Positions 23,121-33,681 of a stretch of DNA of 64,000 nucleotides are shown here, one piece after another (positions within the stretch are counted from its first letter, which is position 1; each line of letters opens with the position of its first letter). The stretch comes from a virus (lineage: Duplodnaviria > Caudoviricetes). Under the pieces are notes generated by a model. The model saw only the letters and a program-made list of their open reading frames with translations, was not told the DNA's origin and did no database searches. Position numbers and translations under genes: made by a program. Location of the stretch: positions 52,131-116,130 of IMG/VR virus record IMGVR_UViG_3300020151_001495; one strand, 5' to 3'.

Positions 23121-24284
23121 CTATAGTTTAAATCCAGAAAAAGTATCTTTTTTCATATCTTGTTTGATGCCACCAATTACATAAGATTCAATTTCTGTTT
23201 CTTGTGGTGCGTTTTGCATCATCTTAGAATTTAACCAATGCTCAGTCCAAGGTAATGGATTGTTTGACATTGAAATATCAAATTCTGGCTTGAGACCAAT
23301 GGCCTTCATTCTGCGATTTGCAATATATTCAACATACGAAGATAGTAGCTTTGAATTTAATCCGATCATAGAACCATCCTTGAACAGATACTCTGCCCAT
23401 GCTTTCTCTTCATTTACTGCAAGAATATACATTTGACGTACATTATCTTGTTCCTCTTCAATAATCTCCAACATTTGAGGATCATCACCATTCTTCCAGT
23501 TCTTAATGATATTCTGTGTAATGACTAGATGCTGAGATTCATCACGAGCAATCAAACCAATAATCTTAGCAGAACCTTCCATGAGTTTGAGTTCTCCAAA
23601 TGCAAATGAACACGCAAAGGAAACATAAAAACGAATACCCTCAAGAATGTTCACATTCATGACAGCACGATATAATTTTCTCTTAACTTCTTTCAGTTCA
23701 ATATTTGCAGTCGTATGGTCTCCAAGTTCCCAGAGTTTACCACCACCCCACTGTTGAGCACATTCAATAAGTTCATCGTATGCTTGAGTTACACTGGTAG
23801 CACGTTCTAGAATCTTTTCATCATCTAAAATAGTATCAAATACTTCAGATACATCCGAATATACATTCTTAATGATATAAGTGTATGAACGACTATGAAT
23901 CATCTCCATAGTTTCCCAGATAGTCATACAAGCTTCTAGTTCTGGAAGTGAGCAGTATGGGAGAAATGCCATACCAGGACCACGACCCTGAACAGAGTCA
24001 AGCATAATCTGATACTTTAGGTTTGAAGTAAAGATATGCTTTTGCTCTGGACGTAGAGTTTGATAGTCTGCACGATCTTTTTGAAGGGAGACCTCCTCAG
24101 GTCTCCAGAAATATCCTAACTGTTGTTGAGTCAGTTTATCGAAGATAGGATACTTATAGGTATCATATCTTTGAACTCCCAGAGGAGCACCAAAAAACAT
24201 TGGTTGCTTTTTGGTGTCTACATGATTACTATTAAATACGGTCATACCCTTGATTTCACTGTTTGTATTTCTGATGAATTGCAT
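23121..24284 (-). CDS. nrdB: Ribonucleotide reductase class I beta subunit
   Basis: FWRPEE, LDSVQGR, EMIHS, EGIRFYVSF, RDESQH, APQETEIESY. Confidence 0.98.
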   Translation of the reverse strand: MQFIRNTNSEIKGMTVFNSNHVDTKKQPMFFGAPLGVQRYDTYKYPIFDKLTQQQLGYFWRPEEVSLQKDRADYQTLRPEQKHIFTSNLKYQIMLDSVQGRGPGMAFLPYCSLPELEACMTIWETMEMIHSRSYTYIIKNVYSDVSEVFDTILDDEKILERATSVTQAYDELIECAQQWGGGKLWELGDHTTANIELKEVKRKLYRAVMNVNILEGIRFYVSFACSFAFGELKLMEGSAKIIGLIARDESQHLVITQNIIKNWKNGDDPQMLEIIEEEQDNVRQMYILAVNEEKAWAEYLFKDGSMIGLNSKLLSSYVEYIANRRMKAIGLKPEFDISMSNNPLPWTEHWLNSKMMQNAPQETEIESYVIGGIKQDMKKDTFSGFKL

Positions 24285-24295
24285 GTAAATTCTCC

Positions 24296-26596
24296 TTAAA
24301 TTTTGCAGCTTTCGCAGTCGTCTTCTGACTCTAGTTGAGAAAGTAGTTGTGATAGTGCTTCACTTTTTTCTTCTACATCTCCGTCTGTTTTGCTATCATA
24401 TGTGTTTTGATAATAGCTTGTCTTCCAACCATACTTATATGTAGATAGAAGATCTTGAGCCATAACAGATACAGGTACTTCATTGTCGGCATAATTCTCT
24501 GGATTATAACTCCAGTTGCCCGAGATTGCCTGATCAAAGAATTTTTGCATTACCGCAACAATGTTAATATAACCATTGTTGTCAGGCATATCCCAAAGAA
24601 GCGTATAGTTTTTCTTGAGGGTTTGATAGCTAGGAACAATTTGCTTAAGTGGTCCTTTCTTTGATTTCTTAACGGACAAGTAATCTCTAGGAGGTTCGAT
24701 TCCATTGGTCTCGTTTGACACAACGGAACTGCTCTCTGAAGGCATCTGTGCGGACAGTGTTGAGTGCCTGAGACCGTGAGCCAGGATGGATGCTCTAAGA
24801 TTTTCCCAATCATAATGGAGATGGTGTGGTGTAATTTCGTCTACATCTTTCTTGTATGTATCGATTGGAAGAACACCTTGAGAATACTTAGTACGATCAA
24901 AGTAATCACACTTACCTTTTTCGGCAGCAAGTTGATTAGATGCCTTGAGAAGATAGTATTGAAATGCTTCGGTTAGATCATGAACAAGTTTCCATGCTTG
25001 TGGATCTTCATATTTTGCTCCATTACGAGCAAGGAAGTGAGCAAGACCGATGTAACCAATACCAAGAGAACGACGAGATTCTGTAGAAATTCTAGCAGCT
25101 GCAACTGGATAATCTTGATAGTCAATCAGTTCATCTAGAGCACGAACAGAAAGATCACATAGCTCTTCCATTTCATTCAGATTATTGATCTTACCAACAT
25201 TAATTGCAGAAAGAATGCATAGTGCAATCTCGCCTTTTGAATCATCAATATGATCAATCGGAACAGTTGGAAGTGTAATCTCTTGACAAAGATTGGACAT
25301 ATTTACTTTGTCCAGGAAAGAACTATGAGAGTTACAATGATCGATATTCATAATGTAGATACGACCAGTTTCTGCACGTTCTTTCAGAATGTTTAGAAAT
25401 AGTTCTTGAGCGCCGATAGTTTTTCTTGGAATAGATGTATCTCGTTCATAAGATACATATAAATCGTCAAATCGATCAGTGCCAAAAGCATCATAAAGAA
25501 GAGGAACATCGTGGGGAGAGAAGAGTGAAACTTCTCCGTTTTGGATGAATCGTTCATAGAATATTTTGCTGATTTGAATTGAATAATCTAACTTACGAAC
25601 ACGATTATCTTCCGTTCCCTTATTGTTTTTTAGTACTAGGATGTCTTCAATTTCTTGATGCCAAATAGGAAAATGAACTGTAGCTGAGCCACCTCGTATG
25701 CCGTTTTGAGTGCAACACCTGACCGTCGCTTCAAATTTCTTGAGAAATGGAATGACTCCTGTATGTGAGACTTCTCCGCCACGGATCTTGCTATTGATAC
25801 CCCTGATTCTGCCTGCGTTAATACCGATTCCTGCACGCTGAGCCACATAACGGCCAATAGCCATGTCAGAGCTGAAGATAGAATTAAGAGAATCGTCAGA
25901 ATCAATAAGCACACAAGAAGCAAATTGACGAAGAGGTGTTCTAACACCTGCCATAATTGGAGTTGGGATGTTGATCCTGTGCTTGGAGATTGCGTTGTAG
26001 TATCGTTTGACATAATCAAGTCTTGTTTCTTTTGGATATTCTGCAAACATAACTGCAGAAATTAGCATGTACATATATTGAGGAGTTTCATAAATTTTCT
26101 TTGAACTCCTATCCTGAACCAAATATTTGTCTACTACTTGTCGTAATCCTGCATATGTGAAAATATAATCTCTCTCATGATCAATCCATGAATTAATTTT
26201 ATCCCATTCTTCCATGGAATACTTGCTGAGTAGTTCTCCATCATAAATTCCCAAGGAAACACCACCAACAAAATGATCATGGACATCTGGAAATTCTACT
26301 TTCCAATTAGGTCCAAAGACTTGTTTATATAAACCGAAAAGCAAAAGACGAGCAGCAACATACTGATAATTTGGATTATCGAGGCTGATAAGATCACTAG
26401 CCGATCTAACCAAAATTTCTTGAATTTCATCAGTAGTAATTCCGTCGTAGAATTGAAGACCAGATTGAATCTCCACTTGAGATGCACTTACTCCAGCAAG
26501 ACCACCGCAAGCACATTCTACCATGTTATGAATTTTATCTAAATTGAGGGGCTCAAGAGTACCATTACGTTTTTTTACTTTAGTACCGTTGCTCAT
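24296..26596 (-). CDS. nrdA: Ribonucleotide reductase class I alpha subunit with ATP cone
   Basis: VKKRNG, QFASCVL, SNLCQEI, KTSYY, CESC. Confidence 0.98.
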   Translation of the reverse strand: MSNGTKVKKRNGTLEPLNLDKIHNMVECACGGLAGVSASQVEIQSGLQFYDGITTDEIQEILVRSASDLISLDNPNYQYVAARLLLFGLYKQVFGPNWKVEFPDVHDHFVGGVSLGIYDGELLSKYSMEEWDKINSWIDHERDYIFTYAGLRQVVDKYLVQDRSSKKIYETPQYMYMLISAVMFAEYPKETRLDYVKRYYNAISKHRINIPTPIMAGVRTPLRQFASCVLIDSDDSLNSIFSSDMAIGRYVAQRAGIGINAGRIRGINSKIRGGEVSHTGVIPFLKKFEATVRCCTQNGIRGGSATVHFPIWHQEIEDILVLKNNKGTEDNRVRKLDYSIQISKIFYERFIQNGEVSLFSPHDVPLLYDAFGTDRFDDLYVSYERDTSIPRKTIGAQELFLNILKERAETGRIYIMNIDHCNSHSSFLDKVNMSNLCQEITLPTVPIDHIDDSKGEIALCILSAINVGKINNLNEMEELCDLSVRALDELIDYQDYPVAAARISTESRRSLGIGYIGLAHFLARNGAKYEDPQAWKLVHDLTEAFQYYLLKASNQLAAEKGKCDYFDRTKYSQGVLPIDTYKKDVDEITPHHLHYDWENLRASILAHGLRHSTLSAQMPSESSSVVSNETNGIEPPRDYLSVKKSKKGPLKQIVPSYQTLKKNYTLLWDMPDNNGYINIVAVMQKFFDQAISGNWSYNPENYADNEVPVSVMAQDLLSTYKYGWKTSYYQNTYDSKTDGDVEEKSEALSQLLSQLESEDDCESCKI

Positions 26597-27579
26597 ACTT
26601 TTTTCCATTGAATAAATTTAAGGTTTGCTTCTAATCCTTGATAGATGTTGGTTTTAATAATATCTCCGACACAAATTCCAGAGATTACCATATCATTAAT
26701 ATCTTTTTGTCGTATTAAAGATGGCCAGATTACTATCTTTTCTCCTGATTGGATTAACTGTTCATACTTCTGAATGATCTGTAAATTTCGTGGTTCATTA
26801 TCTAAAATATAAACCCTGTCTTTATAAATGGACTTATCTAAGTAAACATCAGATCCACACATAGCAATTGCATTAGACAGAAAAAGAGAGTCAAATGGAC
26901 CCTCTGTAATGTAAATGGTTTTATTGAAATCTACAGTATTAAGTCCAAAGACCTTAACATATCGATCATCCAGGATGGTAGTAATATAACGCAATTTTGA
27001 ATTTTTGTCAAGAGCCCTACCCTGGTATCCAAATAACTTTTCAGATTTAGAAAAGAGTGGAATGACAATTCTAGATTCTTTAATTGTGTTTTCTGTTTTT
27101 GACCAAGCATTAAAATCCTCAGCGTAGTAAAGAGTGGAAAAATATTTTTCTGGTATTTGACGTTTGGAAAGGTATTCCTTAGCTGGGTGTGTATTATTTA
27201 GTTCTGATATCTTTTGAAGCTCGGATAGTGGAGTTGTATTGAAAACTGGTTTTTTAAATTCAACATTTAGTTTTGGAGTTGCAGTATTTGAATTTCTACC
27301 AGTAGTTCCATTCTTAAATCTTTCCATGACATATTCATCATGGAGATTTACATCTATATCTTTTAGAAAATTAGATAGGGTTCTTCCTACGTTACAATTA
27401 TGACATTTGAAAAATACATCACTTCGTTTTATGTAAAAAAATCCTCGTGCTTTGTTTCTATTCCTGGATGAATCACCACAATATGGGCATCTAAAGTTGT
27501 AGAGATTTTGATGCTTCTTTGTAAATTTTTCTACCCTAGAAGAAACTAGATTGATGTATTTCGAATCAATGTAATTCAT
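26593..27579 (-). CDS. gp61: DNA primase gp61
   Basis: NFRCPYCGDS...CHNC; TEGPFDS; DNEPRN; KDINDM. Confidence 0.96.
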   Translation of the reverse strand: MNYIDSKYINLVSSRVEKFTKKHQNLYNFRCPYCGDSSRNRNKARGFFYIKRSDVFFKCHNCNVGRTLSNFLKDIDVNLHDEYVMERFKNGTTGRNSNTATPKLNVEFKKPVFNTTPLSELQKISELNNTHPAKEYLSKRQIPEKYFSTLYYAEDFNAWSKTENTIKESRIVIPLFSKSEKLFGYQGRALDKNSKLRYITTILDDRYVKVFGLNTVDFNKTIYITEGPFDSLFLSNAIAMCGSDVYLDKSIYKDRVYILDNEPRNLQIIQKYEQLIQSGEKIVIWPSLIRQKDINDMVISGICVGDIIKTNIYQGLEANLKFIQWKKV

Positions 27580-27602
27580 AGTAAAGAGTATGTGCTCCAA
27601 CC

Positions 27603-27631
27603 AGTGTAGCACACGATCAAAGCGGTGTCAA
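27603..27631 (-). promoter_or_regulatory. Sigma70 promoter for primase-nrdAB
   Basis: TTGACA-17 nt-TACACT. Confidence 0.75.
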
Positions 27632-27646
27632 GGAAAAATCAAAAAA

Positions 27647-28063
27647 TTACCTTGAACGAATCTGATGATGGTTTTGCATTTCTGATGGAGTCCACCATCC
27701 AGATGCAAGTGTTGAGAATGCTGTTGTGAGAACTGCTAGAAGAACGCCACATCCAACAGTCATCCATTTTATCTTACCAACTTCTTTAACTTCAATCTCA
27801 ATCTTATCAATTCTGTCAGAAACTCTTTTACAATTATCTTCATTTTCTTCTTTCATTTCATAGATCAATCTTGAAAGTGAGTTGTCTGCTCTCTCATGCT
27901 GTTCTATTTTTTCATCATGTATAGCTAACATCTTACTAATAGTCTGACTAGTTTCACTTATCTTTTCTATAGCAGATTCAATCTTTTTCATCATCTGCTC
28001 GTATACACTAAGTCTTTCTTCCAGTAAAGCTATTTTAGTTTCTGTAGTAGTATTCTGAAACAT
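27647..28063 (-). CDS. Coiled-coil protein with C-terminal TM segment
   Basis: Heptad pattern followed by KWMTVGCGVLLAVL. Confidence 0.75.
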   Translation of the reverse strand: MFQNTTTETKIALLEERLSVYEQMMKKIESAIEKISETSQTISKMLAIHDEKIEQHERADNSLSRLIYEMKEENEDNCKRVSDRIDKIEIEVKEVGKIKWMTVGCGVLLAVLTTAFSTLASGWWTPSEMQNHHQIRSR

Positions 28064-28076
28064 TTGCCTGATTTAG

Positions 28077-28481
28077 TTACTGTGGTGTCGCACCTCTGGA
28101 CATAGCAAATGTTGAAATTCTCTCAAACCCAGAGGAAGATGAGTTAATTGTTTTAATCATTTTAACTCTATTACTAGCATTCAAATTTCTATACAAATCA
28201 ACTAATTTATTTGCAGCATCGGAAGAAACTTGAGCCTTCTCTCCATTATCAAAAACAACCATTCCCTGTTGACCACCTAAGGTAATTTGTTTCAATTGAT
28301 CAATTACCTTTCCTCCACTTTCAAATAATTTAGTCTCATTTACCTTTTTCTTTTTTCGTTTGGAGGCAGGAATTCCAGGTGGTTCTACACTAGGAGGTAA
28401 AGATACTTCAGCACCAGTACCTACACTATTCGCAGCAACTTCTTCATTGTAATTCATATCTTGTTTAACTCCTCCAAACAA
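28077..28481 (-). CDS. Hypothetical protein
   Basis: ORF in late operon; start uncertain. Confidence 0.65.
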   Translation of the reverse strand: MFGGVKQDMNYNEEVAANSVGTGAEVSLPPSVEPPGIPASKRKKKKVNETKLFESGGKVIDQLKQITLGGQQGMVVFDNGEKAQVSSDAANKLVDLYRNLNASNRVKMIKTINSSSSGFERISTFAMSRGATPQ

Positions 28482-28816
28482 TAACTATCTGGGTCTATGG
28501 TTGAAATTGTATTCGATTCTATTCTATTCAAAAATATCATAAATGATTTTAAGTACTTCCAATAATATTGATCTATTTTAAAAAACAATATTGGAGTAGC
28601 AGCATCACCGAAAATGTTATAGACAACAATAATATGATTCAACAAAAGATGAGTTTTGAGAACACCTGTTTTATCATAACGTTTAAGTAATCTTTTAATA
28701 TACTTAAATCTTTTCAGGTCTTCAAAAAAATCATCTTTTGTCATCGCAGTTGGATTGTCATAATTTTTAATTGCAAATAACAAAAAGTTATCTTCATTCA
28801 ATTCATTAAATCTCAT
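28454..28816 (-). CDS. Conserved T4-like phage hypothetical protein
   Basis: FAIKNYDNP...DLKRFKYIKRLL...HLLLNHII. Confidence 0.8.
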   Translation of the reverse strand: MRFNELNEDNFLLFAIKNYDNPTAMTKDDFFEDLKRFKYIKRLLKRYDKTGVLKTHLLLNHIIVVYNIFGDAATPILFFKIDQYYWKYLKSFMIFLNRIESNTISTIDPDSYCLEELNKI

Positions 28817-28822
28817 ATATTA

Positions 28823-29428
28823 TCACGCATAGGTTAGTGAAGCAGAGTTAGAAATTACTTCTTCAGTACCACCTGCAGAAGTAATCTTCACACGGAACTT
28901 GTAACCATTATAGGTTGCCTTAGCTGCAGCAGTAATAGCAAGAGTGCCAGTGGTTGTATCAGAAAATACACCAGTGTTTGTAAGATTAACCCAACGTGTA
29001 CCAGTTGCAGTCTGATACTGCCACTGATAAGTGAGAGTTCCAGGAGTACCAGTTGTTGAAGTGGTAACTGCAAATGTTCCAGTATAAGGAGTTGAAGCAC
29101 CAGTTACGTCTGCAGGTTGTGCAGTAATTGTTACTGCAGAAGCAACGTCTGCTGCAATGGTGTCATCAGACTGAGTTTCATTTGCATTTGTATCTGGATC
29201 GGAAAGAGCTACTAGCTTTTCTGCTTTATGACGAGTATTTCCTGCATCATCAGTGTATGAGAAATAAGACCACCAACCAGGACCATCGATTCCACGAACA
29301 CGGTTCTCATTTAATGCAGCCTCAGTTTCATCCACAAAGACAATTGTTTTCGCTTGGGATGAAGATGCAATAGTATATTCAACCTTTGTCTTATTTGTGT
29401 TTGAATCAGTTCTTCCGTATAAAGACAT
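28823..29428 (-). CDS. Virion protein with C-terminal Ig-like domain
   Basis: MSLYG, GPGWW, RHKAEKLVA; TITAQP...LTYQWQ...YKFRV; TATAAATA at 29461-29468. Confidence 0.75.
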   Translation of the reverse strand: MSLYGRTDSNTNKTKVEYTIASSSQAKTIVFVDETEAALNENRVRGIDGPGWWSYFSYTDDAGNTRHKAEKLVALSDPDTNANETQSDDTIAADVASAVTITAQPADVTGASTPYTGTFAVTTSTTGTPGTLTYQWQYQTATGTRWVNLTNTGVFSDTTTGTLAITAAAKATYNGYKFRVKITSAGGTEEVISNSASLTYA

Positions 29429-29460
29429 TTAAAAATCCTCTGAATTTTTTATTCTAATAA

Positions 29461-29492
29461 TATTTATAAAAAATGGGGAGTCACCTCCCCAT
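29461..29492 (-). terminator. Terminator whose T-tract runs into a late promoter
   Basis: ATGGGGAG-GTGA-CTCCCCAT-TTTT-TATAAATA. Confidence 0.75.
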
Positions 29493-29495
29493 GAG

Positions 29496-29645
29496 TCATT
29501 TATTTAAATGTTTTAAAAATGTGTTAATTAACTGGTATATACTATTTGATTTTATCTTTGAATTAGAACCTAACCATTCAGATAAAGCTAAACAAAATGC
29601 TAACAATATAGTAAACCCAAAGTTAACTATTAAACATTCAATCAC
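29496..29645 (-). CDS. 49-aa membrane protein
   Basis: Hand translation from GTG: ...FTILLAFCLALSEWLGSNSKIKSNSIYQL. Confidence 0.5.
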   Translation of the reverse strand: MIECLIVNFGFTILLAFCLALSEWLGSNSKIKSNSIYQLINTFLKHLNK

Positions 29646-29815
29646 TTACAATCTCTAAGAAGTGCAGTTCTTACAGTTGTAGCAATTATATTATCAATGT
29701 CATTATCTGTAGTGTTAACATAGCGGTCAAGTAAATCACATACTAATTTTTTTGTATGGCAGCTGTTCATAGCTGCTATTAGTAGTGGTTTTACTAATTC
29801 TACAAGTGCTCCCAT
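29642..29815 (-). CDS. 57-aa hypothetical protein
   Basis: Hand translation MGALVELVKPLLIAAM...TDNDIDNI; AGGAGG RBS. Confidence 0.7.
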   Translation of the reverse strand: MGALVELVKPLLIAAMNSCHTKKLVCDLLDRYVNTTDNDIDNIIATTVRTALLRDCK

Positions 29816-29845
29816 GGTGTCCTCCTAAAGTGGATATATTTATAT

Positions 29846-32440
29846 TTATCTTAAACGTGGGTTTCTTTGTTGAGCCGATAGTGATGGATGGTCATCTCTA
29901 TATCTTCTTCTTGGTGCTTCGTCATCATGGTCATCTTTTGGTCTTGTTGCACCTTTATGAAGTCCAGTATCTCCAGGAGTTTTTTGCTTTTCTAAAGTAG
30001 CATCTTTTCTTAAAAGTTGAGCACTTCCAAGATCACTAGCCTGAACTTCTTTAGCAGTTCTTGTACGTCTAAGACCACCTTTTTGTGCTTCTCTTTTTTC
30101 AATTGCTCTTGCAGCCCATCCCAATTTTGTTTCATCTATGTTCTCAACTTCTTCCATATGACCCATTGGAAGTTTACCTTGCTTTTGCAGTTGCAATCTT
30201 TGTTGCTGTAGCATTAGTTGCTTTCTCTGCATTTGCTGTTGGGTTTTCATTCTTTGCTGACCTTGTGCTGCAGTTTTAGCTGCTTCTGGATCTGCTTGTT
30301 CCTCTTGCTGTTTCTTATATTCTTTCCATGTAGTTGCAAAAGCAATTGCTTTTTCCTGTTTGGTTAGTCCATCTTCAGCATATCCAGCTTTGATGTGCTT
30401 AGCCATTCTTTTAAACTTATCACCTGGAGGGGAAACTTCATCAATCTGTTCAACTTCTTCAGCAGTTACATTTGCTTTTGGATTAATAATTACTCCATCT
30501 TTTTTCTTTCCTTTCATTTCTACTTCACGATTCGAAACATTAGTAGAAGTGTTTTGAACAAACTTTTTTGTAGCTACATCACTAGAAGCTACTTCAACTA
30601 AAGATCTCCAATCTGTAAAATTAAATCTGGAAGTATTGTAAACTGCAGTTAAAGTTTCTTCAATAATTTCACGAGCAGTTGGCTCAGTTTCTTCTACCAT
30701 CATTATTGCCTTTTCCATGTAATAATTAAAGTGCTCTTGATCTAATGATTCAAAAATCTCTTGAACTTCATCATAATTAAAAGCAATCTCAGACTCAATG
30801 AAATACCAAGCAAGAAGCTCTTTTTCTTCTTTTTTCATTTTCTTGACAAAAGTTCCAACTGCTCTTCCTGCAGCTTGAGCTACAGTTGCTCCAGACTTTC
30901 TAGCTGCTACTGCTTGTCCTGCAGCTGCTCCAGCAGCACCCGCAGCCTTGACTGCAGTTCTACCTGCTGCCTGAGCTGTTCTACCAGCTGCAACAGTCGC
31001 TTGTCTTCTTGCTCTAGTTGCTGATGCAGATTGTTCGGCTTTTTTACCCCTAGCCCTAACTGCATCATAAGTTGCCTTAACCTCTGCCGCACGTCTTGTA
31101 CCTACCTGTCTTGCTGTATTTACTGATTGTCTAACCGATGCGATATCCTTTTCTGCTCTTGCTTTAAGTGCTCCAAGAATTCCACCCTTTCCTTTTTCTT
31201 TAGTTTGTGTTGGAGTTGATTTTGTTTCTGGTTGCTTTTTAGCTACCTTTTTAATAGTTCCAGAAGAACTTGGACCAGATAGTTTTCTGGTAGTTCCATA
31301 TTTTTCTACTGCAGCTTTTGTAGATTTACCTGGAGCTGCCTTTAATGAAATACCTCTTGCTTTTCCAGTTGCAGCAGTTTTTTTCTTTCCGACTAAAGTT
31401 CTTGCTTCGCTGAGCATATACTCATCGGAAATTTCATTCACAAAATCACAAAAATCATCAAGTCCCATCTCCTCAATTAGAATATCAATACCATATTCAT
31501 TGAGTCCTTCATTCATGAAATATGCTGTTGCAATTTCTGCAACATCTTCCATCTTCACACACTTATCTTTGCCACCTTCAGTACCTGCATACTTATAACC
31601 TTTCCAGCAAGCTTTGCCATCAGCACCTTGCTCTTTACCTTGCTTATTCTTGGCTTCTGTAGCAAACTCTTCAGGGAGTCCTTTTGAACCACCTACTTTG
31701 TTATATTCAGCTCTACGCTTAGCACCACTCTTATTATATTGATGATACTCTTTTTCAGAACTACTGAGTTTTGGAGTATTTACTGGTTTTGCACCAGGAG
31801 CAGTAGGAGCATCTGGCTTTGCACCTCTTGAACGACCCTTAGTGTAATAGTTTGGTCCAGTTTTTTCATCCCCAGAAATTCTCTTGCCTGCATCAGAACG
31901 TCCAGCCTGATATTCTTTTTCAGATTGTCCGTGTCTACCTTTCCAGAGTTCTGCAACGTAATCTACATCTTCAGTACGCTGTCTACGCTTAGCAATAGCT
32001 GCAGATACTGCGGATCTGCGTTTGCGAATATACTTATCATTCTTATCATTTGGCTTACCATCATTATCAATATCAGAATCCTCTTTACCAACTGGATCTA
32101 ATGCTTCAGTTTTTGAATTCAACTTAGATTGAATTCTTTGTTTAATTTCTGGCATAGAGCCAACATTATAAATTGCTAATGTTGGGGCACTGAATGTTCT
32201 ACCGTCTGTGTACACAGCAACATTCATATAATCTCTTACTTTTTGATTCTCTAAAAGGGTAAGAGCATATTCTAGAGTAGTATCAATTAAATTTTCTCTC
32301 AAATAATTTTCTTGGGCATCTACATTTCCAGGAAAATGCACATTAGCAGTCTCTACAAGTTTTGTAGCTCTATACATCATATCTGGTGTAAGAGACATGA
32401 AATTTGAAATAATAGATAAATCCATGTTGGGTGTATACAC
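29846..32440 (-). CDS. Large modular Lys/Ala-rich protein, probable internal head protein
   Basis: Modules bounded by hydrophobic-x-E sites; DIDNDG motif; KACWKGY motif. Confidence 0.7.
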   Translation of the reverse strand: MYTPNMDLSIISNFMSLTPDMMYRATKLVETANVHFPGNVDAQENYLRENLIDTTLEYALTLLENQKVRDYMNVAVYTDGRTFSAPTLAIYNVGSMPEIKQRIQSKLNSKTEALDPVGKEDSDIDNDGKPNDKNDKYIRKRRSAVSAAIAKRRQRTEDVDYVAELWKGRHGQSEKEYQAGRSDAGKRISGDEKTGPNYYTKGRSRGAKPDAPTAPGAKPVNTPKLSSSEKEYHQYNKSGAKRRAEYNKVGGSKGLPEEFATEAKNKQGKEQGADGKACWKGYKYAGTEGGKDKCVKMEDVAEIATAYFMNEGLNEYGIDILIEEMGLDDFCDFVNEISDEYMLSEARTLVGKKKTAATGKARGISLKAAPGKSTKAAVEKYGTTRKLSGPSSSGTIKKVAKKQPETKSTPTQTKEKGKGGILGALKARAEKDIASVRQSVNTARQVGTRRAAEVKATYDAVRARGKKAEQSASATRARRQATVAAGRTAQAAGRTAVKAAGAAGAAAGQAVAARKSGATVAQAAGRAVGTFVKKMKKEEKELLAWYFIESEIAFNYDEVQEIFESLDQEHFNYYMEKAIMMVEETEPTAREIIEETLTAVYNTSRFNFTDWRSLVEVASSDVATKKFVQNTSTNVSNREVEMKGKKKDGVIINPKANVTAEEVEQIDEVSPPGDKFKRMAKHIKAGYAEDGLTKQEKAIAFATTWKEYKKQQEEQADPEAAKTAAQGQQRMKTQQQMQRKQLMLQQQRLQLQKQGKLPMGHMEEVENIDETKLGWAARAIEKREAQKGGLRRTRTAKEVQASDLGSAQLLRKDATLEKQKTPGDTGLHKGATRPKDDHDDEAPRRRYRDDHPSLSAQQRNPRLR

Positions 32441-32457
32441 TAGTTGTTTATTTATTA

Positions 32458-33657
32458 TTATTTATCTTTTCGTTTAGCTGTAGTAAATGATTGAACTTTT
32501 TCTCCAGGAGTTAATCGTTGAACATATTGTCTATAATCATCAGTTCCTATTTCCAGAGCTTTTGGATGATAACTTAAATCTTTAATCCAGGTTCTGTGAA
32601 TCTTCTTTTCTTCATCAACAAAGATTACATAGTTAGATCCTCTGGTAATTATTTTTCCATCAATACCAGTAACAGAGTCTTTAATATATTCACCAATATT
32701 AAAGATATTTTTTTGATAATATTGTTCACGAAGATTTTCAACATCAAGTTCTGGAGAGATGCTCCACAAACTTTCATTTAATTTCATGGACTTTCTAACT
32801 TGCATATAAATTGCACGACATTCCTTTTTACTTACATTTCCAGGAAGTGCTTGTTTGAATGTCTCATAATCATTTTCTAAGACAGCTTTACGCATTACTG
32901 AACTGCTGGTTCCTTCAGATTTATCTACATCTGGATCTGGAATTCCTGCACCAACAACTTCAACTCCATAAAAATCATAAACACTACCATTATATTTTTC
33001 TGCAATCTTCTGATATTTGTTAACGTTCTCATCACCACATACAATAATCACATGATGATATCCTTCGTCATGTAATGACTGCAAAATATCATAAATGTTG
33101 TCTCCATTCTCTGGATCATCTATAATGTTTTCTGCATAGTCAGGAAACACATGTTGCATTATATTATATTTGGTTTTAAAATCTAAAGGATTTTGTTTTT
33201 TATCAGAACTTCTACTGGGATAAATTCTATATTCTGCTTCTAATTCTTCTGCATTTTCTTGCACTGCACTCAATAAACTCTCATGTCCGATTGATGGAGG
33301 ATTAAATCTTCCAAAAGTTATTACTACTGCAGGTCCTTCTCCTTCGGATGGTTGTACTTCTGGAGTAGCAGAAGCAGCCCCAGAACCCGAAGGGGGCGCT
33401 GGAGCTGGTGCAGGAGCGGAAGAAGTATTAACATCAGCTACGGATTGTGGACCAGAAATAGGAATTCCATTTTTAAATTTGGTTTTCTCTGCTTTCGAAA
33501 TGGGAACTAATCGTTGACCTCCCATTTCACTTTTAGCAACTATTTCACCTTTAGAATTTGAATAATACCCTTTTCCTAGGTGTACCAAATTCTTTTTTTC
33601 TGCTTCCTTTCCCGCTGGTGTTCTAGCTTCAATTATAAATTTTTTGAAAGTTTTCAT
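32458..33657 (-). CDS. Cytidylyltransferase-like (HIGH-family) nucleotidyltransferase with N-terminal capsid-targeting-like sequence
   Basis: TFGRFNPPSIGH, KQNPL, SSSVMR; N-terminus MKTFKKFIIEA; late boxes at 33683-33697. Confidence 0.85.
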   Translation of the reverse strand: MKTFKKFIIEARTPAGKEAEKKNLVHLGKGYYSNSKGEIVAKSEMGGQRLVPISKAEKTKFKNGIPISGPQSVADVNTSSAPAPAPAPPSGSGAASATPEVQPSEGEGPAVVITFGRFNPPSIGHESLLSAVQENAEELEAEYRIYPSRSSDKKQNPLDFKTKYNIMQHVFPDYAENIIDDPENGDNIYDILQSLHDEGYHHVIIVCGDENVNKYQKIAEKYNGSVYDFYGVEVVGAGIPDPDVDKSEGTSSSVMRKAVLENDYETFKQALPGNVSKKECRAIYMQVRKSMKLNESLWSISPELDVENLREQYYQKNIFNIGEYIKDSVTGIDGKIITRGSNYVIFVDEEKKIHRTWIKDLSYHPKALEIGTDDYRQYVQRLTPGEKVQSFTTAKRKDK

Positions 33658-33681
33658 CAAAAGCAAGTGTTTCTACATCTA

